Assembly: GCF_000392435.1 (NCBI RefSeq) | Contig: NC_021219.1 | Span: 720,001-752,000 of the forward strand | From: Candidatus Saccharimonas aalborgensis | GTDB lineage: Bacteria > Patescibacteriota > Saccharimonadia > Saccharimonadales > Saccharimonadaceae | DNA: 32,000 bases | Direction of reading: 5' to 3' | Shown here: positions 5,630-13,925 of the stretch, one piece after another | How positions within the stretch are numbered: position 1 is the first letter of the stretch | Layout: each line of letters starts with the position of its first letter | Notes under the pieces: model-generated | Database searches by the model: none | What the model was told of the DNA's origin: nothing | The model's input: only the letters and a program-made list of their open reading frames with translations | Program-made: the position numbers and the translations under genes

Positions 5630-8494
5630 ATGAAATTCAAATCTGGCACACGTCGAAGGGCACTAGAATACGAACGTGATTGGGTGGCGCGGTGGAAACA
5701 GGACAAAACGTTTGAAAAATCGATCGAGAACCGTCCAAAGGATAATAGCTATGTGTTTTATGATGGGCCGCCGTTTATTACCGGTGTTCCTCATACCGGT
5801 ACGTTACTAGTTTCTGTCATTAAAGACGCGGTTCCACGCTATCAAACCATGAAGGGCAAGCGCGTTGAGCGCGTCTGGGGCTGGGATACTCATGGATTGC
5901 CGGCCGAACGGTACACAGAAAAGAAGCTCGGTATCAATTCTCGCGAAGAAGTGATTCAATACGGGATCGAGAAATATATCCTAGCGTGTCGTACGAACAT
6001 GGTTCAGACTGGTAGTGAATGGGAAGACACAGTCGACCGTATCGGTCGTTGGGTGGATTTCAAGGGCGGGTATGCAACCATGGACAAGGATTACATGGAA
6101 TCTGTCTGGTGGGCCTTCAAAGAGTTGTATGAAAAAGGCAAAATTTACGAAGGCGAAAAAGTGCTCATGTACTGCACGCTCGACGCCACACCACTCAGTA
6201 AAGCTGAGGTCACAATGGACGCCGGTGCCTACCAAGATGTAACAGACCCGAGCGTATATGTGAAATTTCAGCTAGAAGACGGTAGTACTCTGCTCGCATG
6301 GACAACAACTCCATGGACGCTTCCAGCTAACACTGCACTTGCTGTTAACGAAAAACTGATCTACGTTGAAGTATCTGTCGGTGATGATAAATTCATTCTG
6401 GCAAAGGAACTTCTGACGAAGGTCCTACAGAACGAGAAGCATCAACCCCTAGAATATAAAGTGATACGCGAGATGAAGGGGAAAGAACTTGTCGGTAAAT
6501 CATACAAGCCACTACTTGGCATTGATCGCGGTGAAGGCGCACACAAAGTATGGTCTGCTGACTATGTCAGTCACGAAGATGGCACCGGCATCGTGCATAT
6601 CGCGCCGGCATATGGCGAGGAAGACTTCGCGCTAGCGCGCGAGAAAAAGATTCCCGTCGTTCATACAATCGATGAAAATGGTGACTTTACCGAAGGAGAC
6701 TGGAAAGGCCAGAACGTTTGGGAAGTTAACAAACAGATCGCAAAGGACTTGAAAGAGCGTGGCGTTGTCTGGACGATTGATTACATCCGTCACAGCTACC
6801 CGCATTGTCATCGTTGCGGCACGAAACTCATGTATCGAGCCCACCCAAGTTGGTTTATGGACATCGACGGACAACGTGAGAAGATGCTCGAGAAAAACAG
6901 TAAGATAAACTGGTTTCCAGCTCACGTAAAGTATGGTCGCTTTGCAAAAAATATTGAACAAGCTCCAGACTGGAATATTTCTCGTGACAGGTTTTGGGCT
7001 ACGGCTATGCCGGTATGGAAAGGTGTCGATAAAGACGGCAAAGAGCACGTCAAAGTAGTCGGTAGCTATGCCGAGCTCAAGGAATTGTCCGGCGTAGAAC
7101 TCGATGACTATCACCGGCCATGGGTTGATGACGTTACGTTTGAGTTAGATGGTGTGTCGTACGCTCGGGTCGACAAGGTTATGGACAGCTGGTTCGAAGC
7201 AGGAAGTATGCCGTTCGCACAGTTTCACTATCCGTTTGAGAACAAAGAAAAATTTGAGGCGAACTTCCCTGGGGACTTCATAGTTGAATATATAGCACAA
7301 ACGCGGGCCTGGTTCTACTACATGCATGCTCTGAACGTTGCTCTCTTTGGTGAGAACTCATTTAAAAACGTTATCGTAACTGGTACGTTGGCCGGAAACG
7401 ATGGTCGCAAGATGAGCAAAAGTTATGGGAATTATACCGATACAAATGAGTTGATGGACAAGTTTTCGGCTGACTCATTACGTTACCTATTGTTATCGAG
7501 CCCACTCCTCAGTGGGGAAGATTTTGCACTCCAAGACAAAGAAGTGGGTGACGTGGCGCGCAAACTCAGCATGATATGGAATATGTATGACTTCTTCACT
7601 ATGTACGCAGAAGTAGATGGCTGGGAGTTCGAGGGTGAGATCAGTGATCCGCTCGAATCGCTTAAAAATCCACTCGATATATGGATTGTGAGCCGCTTGC
7701 ATCAGCTCGTGGCGGAAGTAGAGAAGCATATGGATGGTTACAATTTGCCCGATGCCATGAGTCCGATCTTACCGTTTATCGACGATGCGAGTAACTGGTA
7801 TGTGCGCCGCTCACGACGACGTTTTTGGAAGACCGAAGACGATGGTGACAAAAACGATGCCTATCGGACGCTGCATTATGTGCTCGTGCGCCTGGCGTAT
7901 GTACTCGCACCGTTTACACCCTTCTTAGCCGAGGAGCTGTATCACAATTTGACGGGTGATGATGAATCAATTCATCTCAAAGATTGGCTGCCGGCTGGTC
8001 GTGTCGACGATGCAGTGATGAATGACATGGATGTGACGCGTGACTACGTCAACCAAGGGCTAAGTTCGCGTGCTAAAGCAGGTATCAAAGTACGTCAGCC
8101 GCTCCAAAGCATAACGGTGCCAGGTCGTCGTGACTATGTCGAGTTTGAGAGTATTCTGCAAGAAGAACTTAATGTCAAAGAAGTGAAAATCGGCAAGGAA
8201 CTATTGCTCGACGAGACGATCACGCCAGAACTGAAGCGTGAAGGTCTGATGCGTGAAGTCGTGCGCCACGTGCAAGCTGCTCGTAAAGACGCTGGTCTCA
8301 ATGTTGATGATAGGATACGGCTATCATTTGCAACAAGTGACGATGAGCTTAGTAGAGCGATTTATGAATTTCGAGACGCTATCGCTGAGGAAGTGCTCCA
8401 AATTGAGCCATCGAGTAGTTCGGGACAGTATGCCCACACAAGTAATGTAAAAATTGATGGGTGTGATCTGGAAATCACACTAGAAAAAGCATAG
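5630..8494 (+). CDS. ileS: isoleucyl-tRNA synthetase (type 2-like, no C-terminal Zn-finger tail)
   Basis: 954 aa with a class I aaRS HIGH region (PPFITGVPHTGT), KMSKS (GRKMSKSYGN), the CP1 editing motif WTTTPWTLPAN and GWDTHGLP. RBS aaggaga lies at 5616-5622. Confidence 0.95.
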   Translation: MKFKSGTRRRALEYERDWVARWKQDKTFEKSIENRPKDNSYVFYDGPPFITGVPHTGTLLVSVIKDAVPRYQTMKGKRVERVWGWDTHGLPAERYTEKKLGINSREEVIQYGIEKYILACRTNMVQTGSEWEDTVDRIGRWVDFKGGYATMDKDYMESVWWAFKELYEKGKIYEGEKVLMYCTLDATPLSKAEVTMDAGAYQDVTDPSVYVKFQLEDGSTLLAWTTTPWTLPANTALAVNEKLIYVEVSVGDDKFILAKELLTKVLQNEKHQPLEYKVIREMKGKELVGKSYKPLLGIDRGEGAHKVWSADYVSHEDGTGIVHIAPAYGEEDFALAREKKIPVVHTIDENGDFTEGDWKGQNVWEVNKQIAKDLKERGVVWTIDYIRHSYPHCHRCGTKLMYRAHPSWFMDIDGQREKMLEKNSKINWFPAHVKYGRFAKNIEQAPDWNISRDRFWATAMPVWKGVDKDGKEHVKVVGSYAELKELSGVELDDYHRPWVDDVTFELDGVSYARVDKVMDSWFEAGSMPFAQFHYPFENKEKFEANFPGDFIVEYIAQTRAWFYYMHALNVALFGENSFKNVIVTGTLAGNDGRKMSKSYGNYTDTNELMDKFSADSLRYLLLSSPLLSGEDFALQDKEVGDVARKLSMIWNMYDFFTMYAEVDGWEFEGEISDPLESLKNPLDIWIVSRLHQLVAEVEKHMDGYNLPDAMSPILPFIDDASNWYVRRSRRRFWKTEDDGDKNDAYRTLHYVLVRLAYVLAPFTPFLAEELYHNLTGDDESIHLKDWLPAGRVDDAVMNDMDVTRDYVNQGLSSRAKAGIKVRQPLQSITVPGRRDYVEFESILQEELNVKEVKIGKELLLDETITPELKREGLMREVVRHVQAARKDAGLNVDDRIRLSFATSDDELSRAIYEFRDAIAEEVLQIEPSSSSGQYAHTSNVKIDGCDLEITLEKA

Positions 8495-8500
8495 GAGAGT

Positions 8501-8770
8501 ATGGAGCCTATCATTATCGATACACGAGAGCCGTTTGAATACGCGGCTAGTCATGTCGAAGGATCGATCAATATCTCGCCGAGCGAGTTTATGCAAGGCG
8601 GGGTGCCAGAAAAGCTGCGCGATGTACCAAAAGATAAGCAGATCATTTTGTACTGTCGTAGTGGCCAGCGGAGCAACACGTGCAGCATGATATTACGGCA
8701 GTATGGATTTACAAACCTTGTAAATGGTGTCAATGAGGGGCGGGTAAGAGCACTTCTGAAGCAGTCCTAA
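8501..8770 (+). CDS. single-domain rhodanese-like sulfurtransferase
   Basis: 89 aa with the active-site loop CRSGQRS preceded by IILY, the typical rhodanese domain layout. Confidence 0.8.
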   Translation: MEPIIIDTREPFEYAASHVEGSINISPSEFMQGGVPEKLRDVPKDKQIILYCRSGQRSNTCSMILRQYGFTNLVNGVNEGRVRALLKQS

Positions 8771-8793
8771 AGAGCTAGCGATGTGTTAGCTCT
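8771..8793 (+). terminator. terminator-like hairpin after the rhodanese gene (weak)
   Basis: agagcta (8771-8777) pairs with tagctct (8787-8793), with a 9-nt loop. The downstream T-run is poor (tgacttt). Confidence 0.3.
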
Positions 8794-8822
8794 TGACTTT
8801 ATATAGCTTTTATGCTTATAAT
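8793..8822 (+). promoter_or_regulatory. sigma70-type promoter TTGACT-N18-TATAAT
   Basis: TTGACT at 8793-8798 and TATAAT at 8817-8822. This is the closest match to the full consensus in the window. It overlaps the ORF-track start (8812) of the downstream small ORF. Confidence 0.6.
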
Positions 8823-8853
8823 GGGTATAGGCAATTCTAATAAACACCGTTAT

Positions 8854-9099
8854 ATGTTAAAAATCCACCACTCACACAATCCATTCTTCTCACCATCTGC
8901 TGCAACGCCAAGCTTGAGGTTGTCACCGGTTGAGCCCGATACGGATGAGCTTATACAAGATATTGAACACGAGCATGAAAATAATGAGGCATGGCAGCTC
9001 GAGAGAGATCTGGATGCCAGTGATCTTGATACGTTTTGGAGCGGCGTTGAGCAGGACCTCAAAAAAGATCCCACATGGTTTGATTTTACTCAAGATTAG
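8854..9099 (+). CDS. hypothetical small acidic protein
   Basis: This is the only long ORF in the 8771-9113 gap. Start ATG 8854 is chosen because ATG 8812 lies inside the predicted promoter. No SD is present and there is no recognisable family. The protein is very acidic (EPDTDELIQDIEHEHENNE...). Confidence 0.4.
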   Translation: MLKIHHSHNPFFSPSAATPSLRLSPVEPDTDELIQDIEHEHENNEAWQLERDLDASDLDTFWSGVEQDLKKDPTWFDFTQD

Positions 9100-9113
9100 C
9101 GCATACTAAAGGT

Positions 9114-9920
9114 ATGGTTACAAAAGCAATTATCCCCGTTGCGGGATGGGGCACGCGTCGTTTGCCTATCACAAAGTCAATCGAAAAATGCATGCTGCCT
9201 GTCGGTAATCGGCCGGTAGTCGATTTTATCGTGCAGGATTGTATAGAGGCTGGCATTACCGACATCTATTTTGTAGTGAGTGAGCATAGTGAACAGGTAA
9301 GGGACTACTATCGTTCAAATATCGATCTTAACGACTATCTAAAAAGAACTGGCAAGACCGATTTGCTTGACATGGTGCGACCTCCCAGAGTAAGTCTGCA
9401 CTATGTGGTTCAGTCGAGCTATGGGAAGTATGGGACGGCGATTCCTCCGAGCCTTGTATTTCGTGAGCTCGCCGAAGGAGAATCGGTCGTTATTGTGGGC
9501 GGTGATGATTTCATCTATAACCCCGGAGGAACATCTGCTGTAAAACGGCTTATCGACGCGGCAGAGGGGGTCGACGGGGCGCTCTATGGTGCCAGGGTTG
9601 AGGGCGATATTAGCCGCTACGGCGTGCTGGCACTGGACGGAACACTCTGTAAGGGTATAGTTGAGAAGCCGACACCTGGTAGCGAACCAAGTAGGCTGAT
9701 AAACATCAGTCAGTACGTATTGTCATATGAAGCAATGAGGATAATTTATGACTATGCAAAAACCGAGCAATCCGGCGAATACTACATCACTGACGTCGTG
9801 AACGAATATATCGTCAATGGGGGCAAATTGCGAGCTGTTGAGATCGAGGGCACCTATTTGGATTGCGGAACAGTTGAGGGTTGGCTGGCGGCGAACCGTA
9901 TTGTTATGGGTGACTCTTGA
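9114..9920 (+). CDS. galU: UTP--glucose-1-phosphate uridylyltransferase-like sugar nucleotidyltransferase
   Basis: 268 aa. The N-terminus AIIPVAGWGTRRLPITKSIEKCMLPV matches the GalU signature (IPVAGLGTRxLPATKxxPKEMLP), and the remainder is colinear with GalU-type enzymes. Confidence 0.75.
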   Translation: MVTKAIIPVAGWGTRRLPITKSIEKCMLPVGNRPVVDFIVQDCIEAGITDIYFVVSEHSEQVRDYYRSNIDLNDYLKRTGKTDLLDMVRPPRVSLHYVVQSSYGKYGTAIPPSLVFRELAEGESVVIVGGDDFIYNPGGTSAVKRLIDAAEGVDGALYGARVEGDISRYGVLALDGTLCKGIVEKPTPGSEPSRLINISQYVLSYEAMRIIYDYAKTEQSGEYYITDVVNEYIVNGGKLRAVEIEGTYLDCGTVEGWLAANRIVMGDS

Positions 9921-9945
9921 AAAACAATCCCGTATCTGTTACAAT
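9917..9945 (+). promoter_or_regulatory. rplU promoter TTGAAA-N17-(TGt)TACAAT
   Basis: TTGAAA at 9917-9922, a 17-nt spacer, TG at 9937-9938 and TACAAT at 9940-9945. The -35 element overlaps the stop codon of the galU-like gene. Confidence 0.6.
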
Positions 9946-9979
9946 CATTATCTGAGTTAGTAATCAAAAAGGAAATTAC

Positions 9980-10285
9980 ATGAAAGCAGTCGTGAAGATC
10001 GCTGGCAAGCAGTATATTGTCAGCGAAAAAGAGACCCTCATGGTGGACCTCCTCCCTGAAGGCACAAAAGAGCTCGATCTCGACGCACTTCTCGTGATTG
10101 ATGGCGACAAAACAACTATTGGCACGCCGCTCATCAAGGGAGTGAAAGTAAAAGCGAAGGTCGTTGAGCCAAAAGTTGGCGGCGAGAAACTCCGCATTAT
10201 CCGCTACAAGAGCAAAAAACGCGTGAATACCCAGACGGGACACCGTCAAAAGTATACCAAGATTGAGATACTCTCAATAAAATAA
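9980..10285 (+). CDS. rplU: 50S ribosomal protein L21
   Basis: 101 aa: MKAVVKIAGKQYIVSEKETL ... GEKLRIIRYKSKKRVNTQTGHRQKYTKIEI, a typical L21. RBS aaaggaaa. Confidence 0.95.
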   Translation: MKAVVKIAGKQYIVSEKETLMVDLLPEGTKELDLDALLVIDGDKTTIGTPLIKGVKVKAKVVEPKVGGEKLRIIRYKSKKRVNTQTGHRQKYTKIEILSIK

Positions 10286-10292
10286 GAAATAG

Positions 10293-10320
10293 CGGCCTCC
10301 GAAAAGGAGGTCGTTTTTTT
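10293..10320. terminator. rho-independent terminator between convergent rplU and the GT-C gene
   Basis: cggcctcc (10293-10300) pairs with ggaggtcg (10306-10313), loop gaaaa, followed by T7 (10314-10320). It lies between two convergent genes, so it may serve both. Confidence 0.8.
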
Positions 10321-11476
10321 ATCCTACCCATGCACCGATATAGAAAAAGACAATGTTGGTGACAAGCAACAGAAATGAAGAAGCACCGATACCAACAAGT
10401 AATGGCCTAGAGATACGGTGGCGAAAAAGTGCAAGACCGAGAAATAGCGGGAAAATAGAGAGAATGTAGCGATTGATGCTCATCATTGAGCCAGCGCTTA
10501 GAGTGAGAACAAACGGTGCAAGGCAATATAACAGCCAGCGCCAGCCAAGTGTTTTGTAGGTTGCTATACAGAGAAAGCTATAGACGGCAAGGTACCAGAC
10601 GTCGCGAATATCTGAATGAAGGAACATGTTTGAAATGTAGTTGGATGAAAACTTGCCCCAGATGGTTTGGGCATGAATGAAAGCGAGGGCATCGCCGCGC
10701 GTGATGAATTGAAATACCATAAAGGCGAGCATTCCGAGTGGTGCCATAATGAGCGGAATGAGTTTGCGGTATTCAATAGGTTGACGCAAGACAATACGCC
10801 GACGTCGGACACTGATAAGCTCAAGGAAAAAGAAAATAACAAGACAGATACCCTGGACGCGGGTTGCGGTTGCCAGTGCCGCGAGAAGTCCCGCGAGAGC
10901 GTAGCGATGTTGCCTATACGAAAGCAGGCTCCCTGCAATGAGCAGCATGAATAAACTCTCAGTATAGCCAGTTGCAAGGAAAAATGATGTAGGGAAAAGC
11001 ACTAACCCCATAAGCATAAACTTGGGGGCGGCACTATCACGAATGCGGGCATGTCGAAGCTCGGCAATTGCCCAGTAGTACAACACAACGACTAGCGTGA
11101 GAGCACTCATCCAGTCAATAATGAGGAGAGACCAATCAATTGGTATGCCACTTATAACGCTAAGACCGTGCGTGATCATTGGATAAAAGGGAAAAAAGGC
11201 AATACGTGCTCGCGCAGGACTTGTGGGTGTGCTGGCGTCGTAGCCAGACGTAGCGATATTGTAGTAATGTTCGCTGTCATAGTACAAGATATTGTTGAGC
11301 GGTGGGGAAAATGCGGCCAGTCGGTAGTCATGAGTGGGGTAACGGCGGAGATAGTCACCCCTTGACCATGTGCCAAGTACTGTTACTGCCACTAAAAAAC
11401 AGGCCATGGTAACAATAAGCACGACCCAAGGATGACTTGACCAGAGTAAAGACAGCCTTTGTTTTGCGCTACGCAT
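10319..11476 (-). CDS. polytopic membrane glycosyltransferase, PIG-V/GT-C-like mannosyltransferase family
   Basis: 385 aa with about 10 TM segments. The N-terminal loop motif YYDSEHYYNIATSGYD resembles the WDSxWYxxIAxxGY motif of PIG-V-like mannosyltransferases. Confidence 0.55.
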   Translation of the reverse strand: MRSAKQRLSLLWSSHPWVVLIVTMACFLVAVTVLGTWSRGDYLRRYPTHDYRLAAFSPPLNNILYYDSEHYYNIATSGYDASTPTSPARARIAFFPFYPMITHGLSVISGIPIDWSLLIIDWMSALTLVVVLYYWAIAELRHARIRDSAAPKFMLMGLVLFPTSFFLATGYTESLFMLLIAGSLLSYRQHRYALAGLLAALATATRVQGICLVIFFFLELISVRRRRIVLRQPIEYRKLIPLIMAPLGMLAFMVFQFITRGDALAFIHAQTIWGKFSSNYISNMFLHSDIRDVWYLAVYSFLCIATYKTLGWRWLLYCLAPFVLTLSAGSMMSINRYILSIFPLFLGLALFRHRISRPLLVGIGASSFLLLVTNIVFFYIGAWVG

Positions 11477-11579
11477 TGAGTATTACTATACCGTGGTGAT
11501 TTGCTGGTGACAATGCGCTTATTTTTGACCAGGCATCATGGTATAATTGTACTAGCGAAAGAGAGGGAAAACGCACAGC

Positions 11580-12341
11580 GTGGTAACGGTGATTTCGGTG
11601 ACGAATCAAAAAGGTGGGGTTGGTAAAACAACAACTGCTATCAATACGGCGTATTATCTTGCAAAAATGGGCAAGTCGACGCTCTTGATTGACTTTGACC
11701 CGCAGGGAAATGCAACCAGCGGTCTTGGTATTGATAAGCAATCGCTGACGGGGACAATGAACGACGTCATCTTGGAGACAAAGAAGTTAGTCGATGTCAT
11801 TGTACCCACTGAGCAGGCACGGTTATTTTTGGCACCCTCTACCCCCGAGTTAGCAAATGCAGAAGTTGAATTGGCGCAGGCCAATCGTCGCTTTAGCCGG
11901 CTAAAAAATGCTATTGAAAACGGTCCTGCCTATGATTTCATTATCATTGATAGCCCTCCCAGCCTTAGTTTGTTGACGGTTAATGGGTTGATCGCCGCAC
12001 GCTATGTACTTTTACCGGTACAGGCTGAATTTTATGCACTCGAGGGACTAAGCCAGCTGCTTGAGACGATGAAACTTGTGCGTAAAAGTATGAACCCAAC
12101 GCTCGACCTACTAGGTGTATTGCCAACAATGGTAGATAGTCGAACGTCATTGTCAACACAGGTACTTGCCGAGATCACGAAACATTTTCCGGGGAAAGTC
12201 TTCAAAACTGTTATTCCGCGCAACGTGCGACTCGCTGAAGCCCCAAGTCATGGAGTTGCGATCGGGTCCTATGATCGATTTAGTAAAGGAGCTCGCGCCT
12301 ACAAAGCAGTGACAAAGGAGGTGATTGAACGTGTCAGCTAA
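11580..12341 (+). CDS. parA: chromosome partitioning ATPase ParA/Soj
   Basis: 253 aa with a GTG start and the deviant Walker A NQKGGVGKTTTAINTA. Also DFDPQGNAT and IIIDSPPSL. RBS gagaggga. The extended -10 element TGgTATAAT lies at 11539-11547. Confidence 0.93.
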   Translation: MVTVISVTNQKGGVGKTTTAINTAYYLAKMGKSTLLIDFDPQGNATSGLGIDKQSLTGTMNDVILETKKLVDVIVPTEQARLFLAPSTPELANAEVELAQANRRFSRLKNAIENGPAYDFIIIDSPPSLSLLTVNGLIAARYVLLPVQAEFYALEGLSQLLETMKLVRKSMNPTLDLLGVLPTMVDSRTSLSTQVLAEITKHFPGKVFKTVIPRNVRLAEAPSHGVAIGSYDRFSKGARAYKAVTKEVIERVS

Positions 12342-13233
12342 AAAAACGGGGTTAGGGAGAAGTTTTAACTCTCTCATCCCCACGGAATTTTTTGATGAGT
12401 CGTTTGATCCTACCGCCGATCAAGATGACAGAGTCAGTGATCTTCGCTACATACGGCTCGAGGAAATTACGCCCGATCCTGATCAGCCAAGGCGAACATT
12501 TGATGAATTGTCACTGAGTGAACTCACTACCTCAATTCGTGATTACGGCGTACTGCAGCCGATCGTCGTAAGGCCCCATCAGGGCAACTATATGATTGTT
12601 GCCGGAGAGCGACGATTTCGAGCAGCAAAACTAGCTGGTCTTACTAAGATACCGGCGTTGGTCCGGACACTCTCCAACCAACACAAATTGGAGCTTTCGC
12701 TGATTGAAAATCTACAGCGCAGTGATCTTAATCCGCTCGAGACCGCGACAGCTTACTTGAAATTGCGCGATCAATTTAATTTGACGTTAGACCAAATCGG
12801 AGAGCGTGTGGGAGGCAAGTCGGTGAGTACGATTAGCAATACGCTTCGATTGTTGCGGCTTCCTGCAATGGTACGTGAAGCGCTCGCCGATGGACGTTTG
12901 AGCGAAGGCAGGGCAAGACCTCTTGTCAACCTCGATGAAGCCACAATCGAAAGTATTTTGCCGCGGATGATCGCCGAAGACTGGAGTGCCCGTATGACTG
13001 AGCAATATATCTCTCGGCTAAAAAGCCACAATAGGGTGACTTCCGGGCCAGCAGCTTCAGGAGCTGAAACAGTAGCATCACTTGATGCTGCGGCCTCTCG
13101 GTTGCAGAAGCGATTTAAGGTGCCGGTGAAGATAAAAGCGACGCCAAGGGGAGCGGGTTCAATAACCATAGCGTTCAAAAATCATAATGAGTTTAAGCGC
13201 CTTACTGAATTATTGGATAGCTCTAGTCACTAG
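12331..13233 (+). CDS. parB: chromosome partitioning protein ParB/Spo0J
   Basis: GLGRSFNSLIP N-terminus, the ParB box IVAGERRFRAAKLAG, an HTH region and LIENLQRSDLNPLE. GTG 12331 sits 9 nt after RBS aaggagg (12315-12321), whereas the ORF-track TTG 12325 is only 3 nt from it. The gene overlaps parA by 11 nt. Confidence 0.92.
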   Translation: MSAKKTGLGRSFNSLIPTEFFDESFDPTADQDDRVSDLRYIRLEEITPDPDQPRRTFDELSLSELTTSIRDYGVLQPIVVRPHQGNYMIVAGERRFRAAKLAGLTKIPALVRTLSNQHKLELSLIENLQRSDLNPLETATAYLKLRDQFNLTLDQIGERVGGKSVSTISNTLRLLRLPAMVREALADGRLSEGRARPLVNLDEATIESILPRMIAEDWSARMTEQYISRLKSHNRVTSGPAASGAETVASLDAAASRLQKRFKVPVKIKATPRGAGSITIAFKNHNEFKRLTELLDSSSH

Positions 13234-13847
13234 TAAAACGTAATAGAAGTCAGAGGCCAAATTCGTGCCGAAACTGGCCCGATGACATCAAAGAGAGGAA
13301 TTGTTCCTAGCCCACTACGTGAATCGTAAGAATAATTACCTTGGCGATGATCACCACAGACAAATAGCGTCCCATCCGGTACAGTCATATCGACCTCACC
13401 ACTCGTGGGGGATCCCGGTCCCTTTGTTGCATCATCGGGGCGAAAGCCGTCAGTGTGAGCGGCATTATAGACAGTAACCACACCATCCTTAACGGTAACG
13501 CGCTCTCCTGCAAAAGCGATGACGCGCTTTACAATATACTCGTCTGGCTCACCCGCGACATAACGAGGATTTTTGAACACAATAATTTGTCCTCGCTCTG
13601 GTGTGTAGGGCTGGTTCTTTAGCTGGGCCATCGTAACAGGGATGCGATTGACAATCAACCTGTCGCCTGTATACATCGTTGATTCCATGCTTGGTCCTAA
13701 GACGCTGAAACTTCGGAAGACAAAGGCATTGATAAGAATAGTACCAATGGCAACGAGAAGGATAAATATACCAAATTGAAATGCATCTTTGATTCGGGGG
13801 TGTCGTGTAAGATAATTGGCTTCCATCAACTCCTTACTATACAACAT
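13230..13847 (-). CDS. lepB: signal peptidase I (S26 family)
   Basis: 205 aa with an N-terminal TM segment, the Ser motif GPSMESTM, the Lys box VKRVIAFAGERV and GDHRQGNYSYDSR. Confidence 0.9.
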   Translation of the reverse strand: MLYSKELMEANYLTRHPRIKDAFQFGIFILLVAIGTILINAFVFRSFSVLGPSMESTMYTGDRLIVNRIPVTMAQLKNQPYTPERGQIIVFKNPRYVAGEPDEYIVKRVIAFAGERVTVKDGVVTVYNAAHTDGFRPDDATKGPGSPTSGEVDMTVPDGTLFVCGDHRQGNYSYDSRSGLGTIPLFDVIGPVSARIWPLTSITFY

Positions 13848-13925
13848 AGGGGGGTAAATATAACCTCAAAACATAGACAGTTTTATTTCTTTTTACCTCT
13901 CAATCCGCTATAGTAGAGGGAGTTT

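Noticed and set aside
10564-10977. Overlapping ORFs within or antisense to the GT-C membrane protein gene (10564-10977 -, 10667-10954 +, 11168-11365 +, 11176-11376 -)
   Set aside because: All are nested in the 385-aa membrane-protein frame, which has coherent TM periodicity and a family motif. The alternates lack RBSs and have skewed composition.
11477-13233. Search for parS (tGTTTCACGTGAAACa) in and around parAB and elsewhere, e.g. 16448-16460 ggttccgtgaaac and 26122-26140 tttgtcacgtggctc
   Set aside because: Only half-site-like matches were found and no 14-16-bp palindrome. Either parS lies outside the window or the consensus differs in this lineage.
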